A stretch of 47,605 nucleotides of DNA, filler included, from Streblomastix strix (Eukaryota): assembly GCA_008636045.1 (NCBI GenBank). It is 2 parts of 2 records of this genome, joined end to end, with 100 filler letters (N's around TTAATTAATTAA, not from the genome) between each part and the next. Parts side by side here need not be neighbours in the genome. Positions count along the whole stretch, not along the records: positions 1 to 23,767 come from SNRW01000263.1; positions 23,868 to 47,605 come from SNRW01000264.1. The stretch is one strand, 5' to 3'. The notes under the pieces were generated by a model, which did not search any database, was not told the DNA's origin, and worked only from the letters and a program-made list of their open reading frames with translations. Both the position numbers and the translations under genes were made by a program. This document shows, in pieces, positions 14,532 through 27,025 of the stretch (position 1 is the stretch's first letter; each line of letters starts with the position of its first letter).

Positions 14532-16089
14532 GTTTGACTAATTTATAAATACAAAGATAATAATAATTATTATTATTATTAAAAGTGATATAATTAAAAT
14601 AAGATAGAAAAAGTGTAGTAGATTTTATAGATCATCAATTTAGTGGAATGAAAAGATATTTGAGATTTATTATTAATTGGGATTTGAATGATGAGATGAA
14701 AGGAGGGGATAAATTGTTGTTATTTTATGTTAATATTATTATATTACTTTAATAGATACTGGTTTTGATTATTGTTTCATGGTAATGAATATATAGTTGG
14801 ATGATTTTCTTTATCTTTTACTGAATTGATTTTTGTTTCTTTTATTCCATCTTTGTTTTTCTTCTTTAATTTAGTTAGTGGGAAGACTATATGAACAGCA
14901 TAACAAGATATTCAAAAATTCAATTCAGTGCCAATGATCATTAAATTTGCGTGAATGTAATCAAATGATTCTTCGACAAGTTTTACAATGCATTCTTGAT
15001 TTAATCCTAGCATATTATAAACATATTGAATGTCAAACAATCTGAATTTGCGCTTTGACAAGTGATAATTAAGTATTACTCATTTGATAGGCGTTTCTCA
15101 TGTTATAATTACCTAAATATATTCAGAAAAAATAATATTATAAGAATGAATATGGAGAAATTAGAGAAAAACTTATAAGGTAAAATTTAATTTTATTAAA
15201 ATATTGTTTTGTGATTAAAATTATTTGAAATAGAAATTTTTTAATTACAACTAATGAAAAAAATTGAAAATTAGAACGAAATAAATATTGATAACTTGTA
15301 CTACGCTAAAAATTTCAAATAAAAAATTAAAAAGTTCAATGGCAGTTTATTCCTCACACAAGAAGTTAATTGGTATATTAAAGATAATTATAAGTTCTAA
15401 TCGAGTACATATAAAATATAATAAATTTTAATTAATGTATGAAACAATACAATTATAGGAATATTGAGTTTTTATTCAGACTGGTTAATAAGTACAATAA
15501 ATGATAATTAGAAATAATAATAATATCGATACTAATATTTATTCTAACTTTAACATAATTTTATGTAGTAAAAATGTTTGTACATAGAATAGCGTACAAT
15601 TTTTTCCCTGTAAAGGTGCTTCATTTTCTACATATTCAACCATCAATATATCGCGCAAAGTTTGATTCTATTTAGTATATGGATTGAACATTAATATTTC
15701 AGAATTTTTTATTTATTTATTTTTTCACTCATTGGTTTATAAACTTGTTTTATTTTTTCGTTTTATATTGACAATTAAAATCTATTCATTCAATATCAAT
15801 TCAAATACTATATATTTTAATTTCTAAAATTAATGATACATTTTATTTATTCTCAATTAATCATGAATAGTCATTTATACACTTCAAATTTGTTAAATGA
15901 AATTAAATTTAAAATAAATTATTGGATCACTTGATAAGTTATTTATTTTTCAAATATTTCCATTTTATTTTCAAAATAAACTTATTTTTAAACAGCATGA
16001 TTTATCTAAATTTTTAATTTTCATTCGATTCAATCTATTTCGATTTAATTAATTGATTATATTTGCTTTCTCCATATTTCCTATATCAG

Positions 16090-18394
16090 ATGGAGAAATC
16101 AACTTATCGTCCTGATAAAACTACGTAATTTGGAACAGTAACTTGTTTTGATGTTTCTGTATGAATATTTCATATTTTTTCTTTATTTGCTCTTTTTATT
16201 AATTTTTCAGACAATTATTCCTCGTTTGATTCAAGATCTCGAATCTGACAACAACAATCTTCATGCTCCTGCACTTCGACAATTACTGTAGATTATATTA
16301 GATAGTATTCATTCATTATTCTATTTCAATATTCTATTCTATTTCTTTATTCATTTATTATTTCCAATTCACTTTTCATATTATTAATTAAAGATGGTGA
16401 AAACAAAGATTTGACATCGAAATACAAATTGATGATTTTACTGAACAAATTTGTTGGAAATGTTGAGAAGAATGAAGAATTTGTTTGTAACTAATTTTAA
16501 TTTTATAATTTTTATATTATTTGTTTATCAGGTTCTGAGTACAACAATCTAACATGTTATAGGAATTCGAAATGGAAGTGATAATAAAATGATTCTTGCT
16601 GGAGCAGCAATTGACTCAATTATTCTTTCTTTATTTGTATATTAATCTTATCTAATTTTATTTAAAAATAAAATATATTTTTTATTTTTATTTAGTCTTC
16701 AGATGAAAAGACATCAAAATCAGGAAGCAAAGCACTTTGTGAACTTATTGGAGAAAATAAAATCACCCGAAATTCACTGATAACAACTGGATTCATCATG
16801 AAAGTTCAACATGCATTCACTCATAGCTCATAATTTTCATCTTCCTTATAAACAGAAAGAATTACACCAAATCATGTGAAATCCGGACTACTTGATGTTT
16901 TGTTAAGACTTGTGGAAACTGTTGATGATCTTCAACCAATTGTAATTCTTAGTTCAATTTTGAGTGAAATAAAAAATAATGGAGAAAAAGAAATACAAAA
17001 GAAATCAGTGAATATATTAGGATTATTGACATCAAAAGGAATTAAAGATTCTTATTCTGATTCTAAAGAGAAAGATGAAAAAATTTAATAATTGGAAGAA
17101 TCAAACAGAAACAAAGATGAAGAAAACAATGCATTAAATACAGAAAATTTGAAATTGTTAAAAGAAATCGAAAAAATCAAACTGGAATATCCTTAAGGTA
17201 TTTATATTCATTATTCTTATTTCATTTAATATTAAAATTTTATTTATTATAAATTTTCACATTTATTACTTATTACTTATTAAACATAAAATACACTTAA
17301 TAGTGATACCTCATGAGTTTAACATTGTGAATAGTTTAACTGGACTAGGACCAGATATATTGACGGATCTACTGTCAGAGATGTAACATATTGAGGATGT
17401 AATTCAATTAGTTGGAGTTAATAAGAAAACGCTAAATTTGAAAATCCATCCCAGATTCATCCAAATCCTTGAGTACATAAGTAGAGATAAAGGTTTATAT
17501 AAACTACTCTTAAATATCATTTATATTTTTGCTAATTTAAATATTTCTTATATTTATAATATTATTTATATTCATTATTTAAATCAGATTATCCAATTGC
17601 CATCCATAATCCAGATCCAACAGATATTAAATTGTCTGAAGTTGATGGTGGAATGAAGAGAATAAGTAAGAAATAAAAAAATCACAACACATTTTCACTG
17701 AGGCAAGTATTAGAGAAAGGAATTTGGCAATTGGAAACCGAGTTTAATAATTCACAAAATGCATGGGCAGGTTTGAAATCAAAATTAAAGAAATTTATAT
17801 TTTTTCAATTTATTTTATATTCAGCGATTGGAATTGTTCGAGATTCGTACATCATCCCTGCTAATGCAACTCCTGGTTATTAACCACGTTTGCTCTTTCT
17901 TTATTATTTATTTATTCTATCATCAATTATAATAATATTTTATTTATAGATACCCAGAATATGGCAGTATTTATAGGGAAGTTTGTTGAATATTATTATT
18001 TTGACATTTATTCAATATTTATTTTTATATTAATTTATATTAATTCAGAGGTTGGAGTGTACCTCAGATCTTGTATAAAGGAAGTCAAATATTAGGGATG
18101 TCTGGATTTGGAGACAATTAAATATTGAGACTTGAGTTTGACAGTGAGAAAGGAACTCTCTTTCTATTTGTTGATAACATCCAACAAGAACTGCATATCA
18201 GTGGAATAAGAGAGAAAGTGAGATTCATTGTATGAAATTGATTTATATTGAATTCAATAATTATTTATTTATTTATTAACTTGATTTAGATCTACATGTA
18301 CTATGCTGGTTCATAATGCACTATTCATTCATTGAAGAAATTATATGCACCAACATCAAGCCATATACCGGATGAAATAGCAGTTGAATGGTGA
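16090..18394 (+). CDS. Multi-exon protein: N-terminal helical (ARM/HEAT-like) region, coiled coil, F-box-like motif, C-terminal SPRY/B30.2-like domain
   Basis: ATG 16090, TGA 18392-18394, about 10 introns. F-box-like LTGLGPDILTDLLSEMQHIEDVIQLVGVNKKTL at ~17337-17435. SPRY-like GIWQLETEF...AIGIVRDS...GFGDNQILRLEFDSEKGTLFLFVDNIQQ...KVRFI. Confidence 0.7.
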
Positions 18395-19106
18395 AAATGG
18401 GATGAAACTTTATCAATTTCAAACATATTTCACTCTTTATTTCCTCTTTTATCTTTCTTTCATAATCTTTATTTTATTATTATTAAATTATTAATTAAAA
18501 TTATTAATTAATTTAACATTTAAATATTATAATAATAAAAAATGATTCATTAAATATATAAAAATTGATTTTTTGATTGAACTATAATGAGGTTGTACTT
18601 CTCCAGTTTATAAAAAGATTATATAATATATTTAAGTTTCCTTTAACAGTAATTCAAATGTAATTGGTACCAAAAACCCAAAATTAATTTTTTTGTTATT
18701 ATGGTTTGAGTGAAGTTAAAACTCTCAAATCATAACTCATGTGTGATAAAAATTATTAAATTGAATGAAATAATGTTAAATACTGTATTTATATGATGTC
18801 TGAGTAATAGAGAGCTAAAATTATATATGCGGGCAAAGAGATTTAGCCAAATTAAAATTTTAACTGCCAAACAGATCTACTCACACTTTTATAAATTTTA
18901 TTTATCTAATGATTGAAATTTACTGTACATATTCTAATTAATGATTGAATTGAGTAATTAATGAGTTAATATAGAGAGAAAAAAACTAAAATTCTAGATG
19001 TTAGACAAATTCCATTAAATATACATTTTTTTCTATAATATTCGATCAAGTTCATAGTAGCAATTAACATTGACCTTATGATTTATATATATATATTTCT
19101 TACAGG

Positions 19107-20273
19107 ATGTTCAAAAGATTACTTCTCGTGTTGGGATTTGCTGTTCTATCTATTGCATAGCATACCAGCTTCACTGAGTTTCGATACTAGAAATACTCAA
19201 CTGAAAGTGATGTTGTCACATTTGATGAGACATCTGATGATGCACAATACGCATATGTCAAAATTGATGATTATAAGCTTCTGAAAGCTGGATAGAATGA
19301 GAATTCAACTTCATTCAGACTTGTTCCTGAAGACGTTTTGCCAGATCTGAAGGTTTCTTAAAGGTTCGGGTTCAATTTATGGAAGTGTCAGACATTAGAT
19401 GATTCAATCTATGATAATTTGTACTATTTATATGGACTTGCAGCATATGTCTATGGTGAACATAACATTACTCCCTCTATAGTATATGCACTTGAGAGCG
19501 CACCTAAGGATGTTAAAAGGAAAACTTCATCAGGAACAGAATCATTTGAAGTTGGTTGCAATTCTCCATATGAATACTATGCATTAGGATTTGAATAGAA
19601 TGGAATTGTATCTGGTGAGTGTGTGAGCAACAACAAAGTACTTCCAGGACACGAAGATGCTGAAGGAAGCGAAGTAATGGATGATGCACCTACAAAATGT
19701 GAAGGTTCAGACACTGCAATTGAAGGTGTTCTGAAAGGATATAAGTTAGGGCGTACAATTAACAATCAGTATATAATTGGAACTGACTATATCAAACGCT
19801 ATTTGACACGTGTAGGTCCAATTGCAGGATAAATTAGATATTCAGGAGAAGTTCCAGCAGTTATTGAAAGAGGGTTGGTTATTGGATGGGAGAGTAATGA
19901 ATGGATTTTAGCTACTCCGAAGAATGAACCTTTACAAGATGGATATAGGGACATTATTCTAGAGGAGAAAAGAATAGATTTATTCAAATCATCTGCATCA
20001 TTGGTGTAGGCAGCTGGATATGTACTGTTTGATAAAGATAACCTTGTTAATCCTGGTGATACTCCAGGAACAGGTGCAGATGTGGACTGTTCGAAGGATA
20101 TCACAAAGGACACACCAAAAGAGACCTGCTCATGCCCAGACAAGACCGACAAAGCCAAATGGGATGCTGACCCAAGGACTAAAACTAAAGGAGATATCTG
20201 TGCATCAGGATCAATGAGAGTACTTCTGAATGTGATTGCAGCAGCTGTGGTGATTCCATTTCTTTTCCTTTGA
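19107..20273 (+). CDS. Secreted, probably GPI-anchored, catalytically dead cathepsin-B/papain-like surface protein (388 aa)
   Basis: Uninterrupted 1167-nt ORF with TAA/TAG=Gln. Signal peptide MFKRLLLVLGFAVLSIA. Papain-like remnants LPD...WKC, GCNSPY...NGIVSGEC, IKRYLTRVGPI, LVIGW...W. A Cys-containing linker is followed by the hydrophobic C-terminus SGSMRVLLNVIAAAVVIPFLFL. Confidence 0.7.
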
Positions 20274-20558
20274 GCAGATGAACTAATAGATAACATAAAC
20301 GAGGATGAAGTGACGATTATAACGAAGAATTTTACTGTTTATTTTCATTTTCATGAGCTTAGTGTTTAATTTCGAGACGCTTTATTTGCTTTTGAGTAGC
20401 GTTATTATTACATCTCAATAATATTGAATTATTTCATCCTCATACTCATTATTTTGATTCGCTTATGTATCTAATACACAATCACATATTTAAGAAATTA
20501 ATATATAAACATAAAAATTTATTATAGTTGATGGTTTAGAAAATAATAACAAAGATTA

Positions 20559-20685
20559 AGAATAATAAAAAATGAAAAGATTAACGCTCTTCTGGTTGAG
20601 AAATGTGAATGTCAATAATATCAAATAAAAAGCTAATTATTTATAACCTAAAAATATCACTTATTCAATAAATCTACTCTAAAGT
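20559..20685 (+). repeat. 127-bp segment duplicated in inverted orientation at 23641-23767
   Basis: agaataataaaaaatgaaaagattaacgctcttctggttgag...aatctactctaaagt is the exact reverse complement of 23641-23767. Confidence 0.95.
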
Positions 20686-20695
20686 CTTAATATTT

Positions 20696-22680
20696 TCATT
20701 TTTTATCCTCTTTTTTATCTAAATTTTATGATTTTACTTATTCAATCTTATGTTCTACTGATGCCTGAAAGGAAAATAATCTATTTACATATAAAAATAA
20801 GCATATTATATAAAAATAGAAAAAGTTGAGAATAACAATAATAAATAATCGCATCATTTTTTTTATTTCTTAATAGATTCAATCATTCAAATAAGCATAC
20901 TTTGCATGTGGGGCAATGTTATGTGAAATTCCAGCGATAAATTCTCTTTGAATTGTAATACTAGCTGTATTAATATTAAATTATTATGATATAAAAAAAA
21001 CAATAATTACTAATTAAATTATAATAAATTATTTAGAATTTAATTATAGTAATAATTAAAAATTTAACTATAAAAATTATTATTAAAGTCAATACCATCA
21101 TAATCCTCAATAAGTATAATATTATCAATAATATCATCCCAATTCATTCCATTATGAAGTAGTTCCCTTATATTTCTCCTAATTATAACATCTTCTTATT
21201 CTTCTTATTATTCTTATTATTATTCTTCTTCATCAATTCTTTCTTATCTATTCCTCTTTATTACTTAATATTCACTATTCCCACAAATCATAGATATAAC
21301 AGATGATTGAAATGGTTGTATTGATGGATTGAATGAAACATTCTCTATAAGAGCTCCTGAGAATAGACGATGAAGTACATGGAATGATGAAGATGATGAT
21401 GATGTTGATGATGATGATGATGATGATGGTTATTTTGAACGAGGAATGAATGTTTATTCAACCAATTCTTTTCTCACTAATATTCCTATTGAAGATGGAC
21501 TACGTTTGGTCAATAAGAAAGGTGAATATGACTAATATAAATTAAAATATGTTATAAAAAAGAAATTTATATAAATTAATAAAATAGAGTAATATATATA
21601 TAAAACATTATCAAACTCTTTTGAATGAACGTTCGAATATTATTTGTACAATATCTTTTAACTCGTTTAATTATTCTTTCGCATCCTTATCTTCTACATT
21701 TGAATCTTTCCAATATCTATCAAGGTGAAGAAATGCATCTAATATATTAAAAATAATTTAAATATGAAAAATAAAAACATCAAAAAGAAACTAATAAATT
21801 AAATAAATGATTTTTATTATTTTTTTTCATACCATCATTTCTATATTAAAACAAGCTCATATTCTCTTAGGTCTAATCAATATGCAATGCTGAAGGACGG
21901 AATGCATCAGATATTAAATCTCTCAGAAGAACCTGTTTCCTATTAATTAAATAAGATGTGAAAAAGAAAGTGAAAATATTTTAAATCAAAATAAATTGAA
22001 AAATGTTTAATAGAAATAAACCTTCCTTCGACAACTACCTGAAATGTGTTGAATGAAGGAAGCTCACTCATAAATTACCTACAATAGCCACAAGGGGCTA
22101 AAATCAAAGAAATTGTTCAATAAAGGAATTTGTTAAGTAAACAATAATTATATATAAATAGGAAAAAAATATTAACACTTTCAGTTGTTGCAATTAGTAC
22201 AATGTCCTTCTCCATATTGTTCCATGCGTTTGTTATTGCACATTGCTCAGCATGAACAGTTTGATTCAGCTGTGTGCGCAAAAATTCAACATTTACTCCC
22301 AAATATGCATTTCTGATTTGATATAATGAATTGTAACATAAGCAAATAAGATCTACAAACCCAGAAATACCCAAAACGCATGCTCCAACAGCGAATTAGG
22401 AAATTGGACAAACTGCATAGGGTTAAGCAAGCTTTGATATATGTATATAAATAGGAAGAAATTTAAAGTTTGATGTTTTTTTTTAAATAACTTTCAATAT
22501 CCAAACAAAGGCAAGTCCCAGCATAAGTTCCGATTACGAGCAATTTAGTTTATCCTGCATTTCTTTTACTTTCTATGCTGCAAAAAAGAATGGAGGGTTG
22601 TCCCTTTCGCAAGGAGACAAGAGGGCTTTGATAAGGTCAACCGAAATAGCATGCGCAACGTCACTGTGTTTTTCCGACAT
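20696..22680 (-). CDS. cdd: Cytidine deaminase, two-domain homodimeric (E. coli Cdd / plant CDA) type, multi-exon
   Basis: [33 protein letters not shown]...[13 protein letters not shown]...PCGYCRQFMSEL carries the Zn-binding HAE and PCxxC motifs. The second domain reads SYSPF...[23 protein letters not shown] 22680, TGA 20698-20696. Confidence 0.92.
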
Positions 22681-23148
22681 CTAGAAAAATTATAAAAATA
22701 TTTTAGCAAAATAGTTAAAAAAATTACTAATTATGTAAAATTATATTCTTATTAGTGCAGAAAATGCTAATTTTCTCCGTACAAACAAGCGCAGTTTTAT
22801 TTGTATTAATAGTTGAAAATTACTGTTAAGTGTATGCATAATATTAAAATTTTGTAACAATTTAAATCGTTTGTTGATTGTGACTGTAAATATTTAACCA
22901 ATTATGCTACAACATTTTATCTATTTTGCTTTGATAAAAAAAGCGAATTAAGTCTAAATTTAGACAAAAAAATACTGTATTGTTATCCCACCCTAAATTA
23001 TGAATGAAAGTGTTTATGAAGTGCTTATTAACTGAAAAGCTAATTAAATTAAACTATTTAATAATATTATCATTCTTCTTCACCTTTATTTCTATGTAGT
23101 ATTTTCTATATATTATTATTTGCTTGCCAATATCCTTATTTCTTACAA

Positions 23149-23640
23149 TCAATTTTAAATTTTATTCTCTATCATCGGTTAATCACAATGTGGGCATGGT
23201 AATTTACGATCAATCCAAACCTGAGCGCATAACTAATGAAAAAAATATAAATCAAAGATAAAATTGAGTTTAATTAAAAAATGTGAATTATTCATACTCG
23301 ATGGAAGAAATGGCCACACCTAATATTCATATAATATAGAATTTATAATAGATATATACAGTTAAATAATAAATAATAATAATTCATACTTAAGCACCAA
23401 TGCACCTGGATCACGAGCATCCTGAGGTTTATGGCATAATCCACAATCGCCAACAACAGGAACTACGATATCCTCCTCTTTCTGTTACTGAGTCTATTCT
23501 CCTTATGTATCTTTCTTTGCTGGTGGTAATTCTCTTGTATTGATTACGAGTCTATCATATTCAACTCCACTTGATTTCTCCTATCTGAATGTCTTATATT
23601 CAGATGCTGTCTTCAACCAAGGAAGTTTAGTCACTTTTCC
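23149..23640 (-). CDS. RING-H2 finger protein (probable E3 ligase), 5'-truncated
   Basis: Exons 23640-23390, 23319-23298 and 23232-23149 splice to ...GDCGLCHKPQDARDPGALVLKCGHFFHRLCAQVWIDRKLPCPHCDQPMIENKIQN* (C3H2C3 pattern). Confidence 0.88.
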
Positions 23641-23767
23641 ACTTTAGAGTAGATTTATTGAATAAGTGATATTTTTAGGTTATAAATAATTAGCTTTTTA
23701 TTTGATATTATTGACATTCACATTTCTCAACCAGAAGAGCGTTAATCTTTTCATTTTTTATTATTCT
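23641..23767 (-). repeat. Inverted copy of 20559-20685 at the contig end (likely chimera)
   Basis: Exact inverted duplicate; it abuts the RING coding exon and runs into the N gap. Confidence 0.9.
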
Positions 23768-23867
23768 NNNNNNNNNNNNNNNNNNNNNNNNNNNNNNNNN
23801 NNNNNNNNNNNTTAATTAATTAANNNNNNNNNNNNNNNNNNNNNNNNNNNNNNNNNNNNNNNNNNNN
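23768..23867. other. Artificial contig-joining spacer
   Basis: 44 N + TTAATTAATTAA + 44 N = 100 bp, a six-frame stop linker under the standard code. Confidence 0.97.
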
Positions 23868-23868
23868 A

Positions 23869-26247
23869 AATAATAAACAAACTAATATCCATTAAATTTT
23901 AAATTCATTCAAAATTTACACATTCAAACTATTTTCTTTTAAATCTTCTAAATATTAAGAAAACTAAAGAAAATCAGCATTCCTTCTAATTGCAAATGAA
24001 TAATCTGTTATTTTATATAATATAAATAATAACATTATTGAAATAATATATAATAAGGATATTGATATTAATGAAAACACATAAGAAAATTATGAAAACG
24101 AAAAATAAAGAAATAACTAATAAAATATAACTGATTCATTTTTGACTGATGATTTTGAATAATAGAAAGATTAATAATAATTTGATGAAATTGAAAACAT
24201 ATAAGATGAATCAATCATTAATGGGCAATAATAATAATTTCAGAAAAGTAGAAAATTAATTCAAATCATTCCTGTAAGTTTTGATTGTTTTGTAAGAGAT
24301 AATATTAACTCTATTAAAGATTAAGTTAATAATAACTGTAAAATACAAAAATAAGAAAATTCAACTCACATACAATATTCTGAACCATAATCATAATTAT
24401 CACATACGATTTCACTTCACTTTAAACAATAATATAATTTATTGTAAATTCTTCTTTCTCACATTCATTTGTCGCTATTCAATTAATAAGATTTAATAGT
24501 AGATAATAGTTTATAACATTAATAACGGAAATCAATCATTAACAATTAAAATAATAATTTTGATAAATAATAGTTAAATAACATTGATAATAATTATGAA
24601 AATAAAGTGAAAATATAATAAAATAATTATACAATAAATAATAATTTACGTTCTTATTATGAATTTGAATAATAAATACAATAATTAATTTAAAAGAATA
24701 TAGGATAAATAACTGAAATACTATAATAATTATTAATTGAGTATGAAAAATAGTAGTCATAATCATCATTTTAATCTAATTTTACAGAAATTGCATCAAA
24801 TTATACATTGTTTCATTTAATATCATTAAACACAATAGAAGATGAATAATAATTAAACCCAAATTCATAAAGTCTATTTGATTAAAACATAAACTCGAAT
24901 TCATCTACATAAAACACTTCAAATAATTTAAGTTCATAAATATAATCTACTCAATGCACTTCTTAATTGTAATCATAATCATAATCAATATTCTCTTCTT
25001 AATCTCCATCACTTTTACTCTAACCACTTCAGTTGACATAAGATAAATAATAATAATTATGTTAATAATAAGAATCAAATTCATTTCCATAATAAACATA
25101 GTCTATTAATTCGTAATATTAATAATAATCTTCATTATCATTTATTTCTCCAAACTTGTTCATATTCATTTATTCTGATGGATCTGCGGACTTAAAGGGA
25201 ATGCAAAAGAATATTATTAATAATCTTAGTTAGAATTCTAATGAAAATGAATAAATAAATCTTAATTTAAATTATTTGAATAAATCTGAAGAAAATGAAA
25301 ATGAATGCACAGTTGAAAATTAAAATAATACAATGGTCAGATTAAACAGCAAATTAATAACATTGTTTGAATTAAATTAAATTATTACAAAATAGTGTAT
25401 TAATAACAACATAAACAATATCAACATCAGTAATTATAAACTATATCATAATTAATTGCACTCATCAATATATTAATTAATAAAAAATAAGAAAATGAAT
25501 GAATATGAAAAGCAATTCCTCATCAATATATTAAATAGAAGTAAATAGCAGAAATAATACGCATTAAAAACTATTAGAAGAAGAAGAAATAAGAAAATTA
25601 AATATTAATAAATTAATAACAATTCTAATTTAATTATTAATTAAGAAAATAAACATATAATTGAAGGAGAAGAATATGAAGTTGATGAATTAAATTACGA
25701 TACTGATAATGAATTGGATAATATTATTGATGATCAATATGAAAGTGAAGTTGAAATTGAAATATAACAAATTTCAGGATAATCAACACCAAGGATTGCA
25801 ATAAAAGATTATCCAATGGAATTCTTTATACAGACTTCAGAAATTAAATAGCAATTATCCAGTTTGAATTTGTTTGGTCTATTTGGATATTAATAGCTAG
25901 AATAATAGTAATAATATAACCATCCACATAACTTAAATCATAGTTCGTCATTAGATTCTATACTTGATTTATCCTAATCATTTTCATAAGATTCAATACC
26001 TGACTTATCATAATTATTTTCATTATAGAATAATAACTAACCTTCAATAACTGACGAATCATTACCATTATCCACTTCATAGTAAGACATATAATAAGAT
26101 TCATCATCTTTATCTTCTTCTTTAAATCAATCTTCATCTCAGTTAACATTTGAAATCATTAAACCGAAAGGACTTTTAAATACATTACCTATTATTTAAA
26201 TTAATAGTAATAAAGAAAATTAAAATTAATAAAACGAGTTTAACTGA
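23869..26247 (+). CDS. 5'-partial Q/N/E-rich hypothetical protein (~790 aa visible)
   Basis: The frame runs from the contig start to TGA 26245-26247 where checked, with TAA/TAG=Gln. It has a few hydrophobic islands (e.g. NLFIFIYSDGSADLKG) but no recognised domain. Confidence 0.5.
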
Positions 26248-26324
26248 AAAAACTACAATAATAAAAACCTAATTATAGAAAATAAACAAAATTAATATTG
26301 ATCCGATTAAGATCGTAATAAATA

Positions 26325-26700
26325 ATCACCATTTCACACATATTGAACAATCTCACAACATAAATTTCATCAATAACATGATTACTGGAAAATCACAATC
26401 AGTTTTTGTTTAATAATTAGTAGCCGCTAACCAGGATAAGCTTGAAGCGGGAATTCCCAAAGATGGACAAACTCGCGAACATGCTCTGCTTGCATATACA
26501 CTCTGGGAGTCAAGCAACTAATTGTTCTTGTGAACAAGATGGACGATAAGTCTGTGAACTTCTCTGATACTCAATATAATGAAATTGTTGGGGATATGAG
26601 GAACTATTTGAAGAATATTGGCTACAATCCTGACAAGATTAAAATGATCGCCATCAGCGGATTTCAATATGACAACATGCGCGAAGTATAGCTGAACATG
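26325..26700 (+). pseudogene. EEF1A: Elongation factor 1-alpha internal fragment with frameshift
   Basis: FINNMITGKSQ...[29 protein letters not shown], then a 2-nt frameshift at ~26501-26505, then [53 protein letters not shown]. No introns and no N- or C-terminal parts. Confidence 0.93.
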
Positions 26701-27025
26701 TTTACTGTTCAGATGAGTTTAATCATTTCATTCTTTTTTAAATTAGTTATGATATAATTCCTTATTGATAGATTTTAATTTCAATATATATTATAATAAA
26801 ATGAATAACAATTAAATTTATTTTTAACAAAATATTTAAAATCCTACTATACATAATTATTCACAACCAAATATAAACAAGAAATAATAAGTGAAATGGT
26901 TGATAAGGTGATATAAATGTAAACTTCACTTTGAAAAGAAAAATATAATATGGAAATAAAATAAAAATTTGTAAAAAATTTCGTGTAAAAATATTCTGAA
27001 GTTGCCAGATTCTCCAGATTAATGG

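Noticed and set aside
14640..15110. Minus-strand stretch LGLNQECIVKLVEES, faintly kinase-like
   Set aside because: Interrupted by TGA and lacking HRD/DFG motifs; too weak to call
19799..20296. 165-aa minus-strand ORF
   Set aside because: Antisense to the cathepsin-B-like ORF; no independent motif
23812..23823. TTAATTAATTAA palindrome as a biological site
   Set aside because: Symmetric N padding totalling 100 bp marks an artificial linker; synteny across it is meaningless
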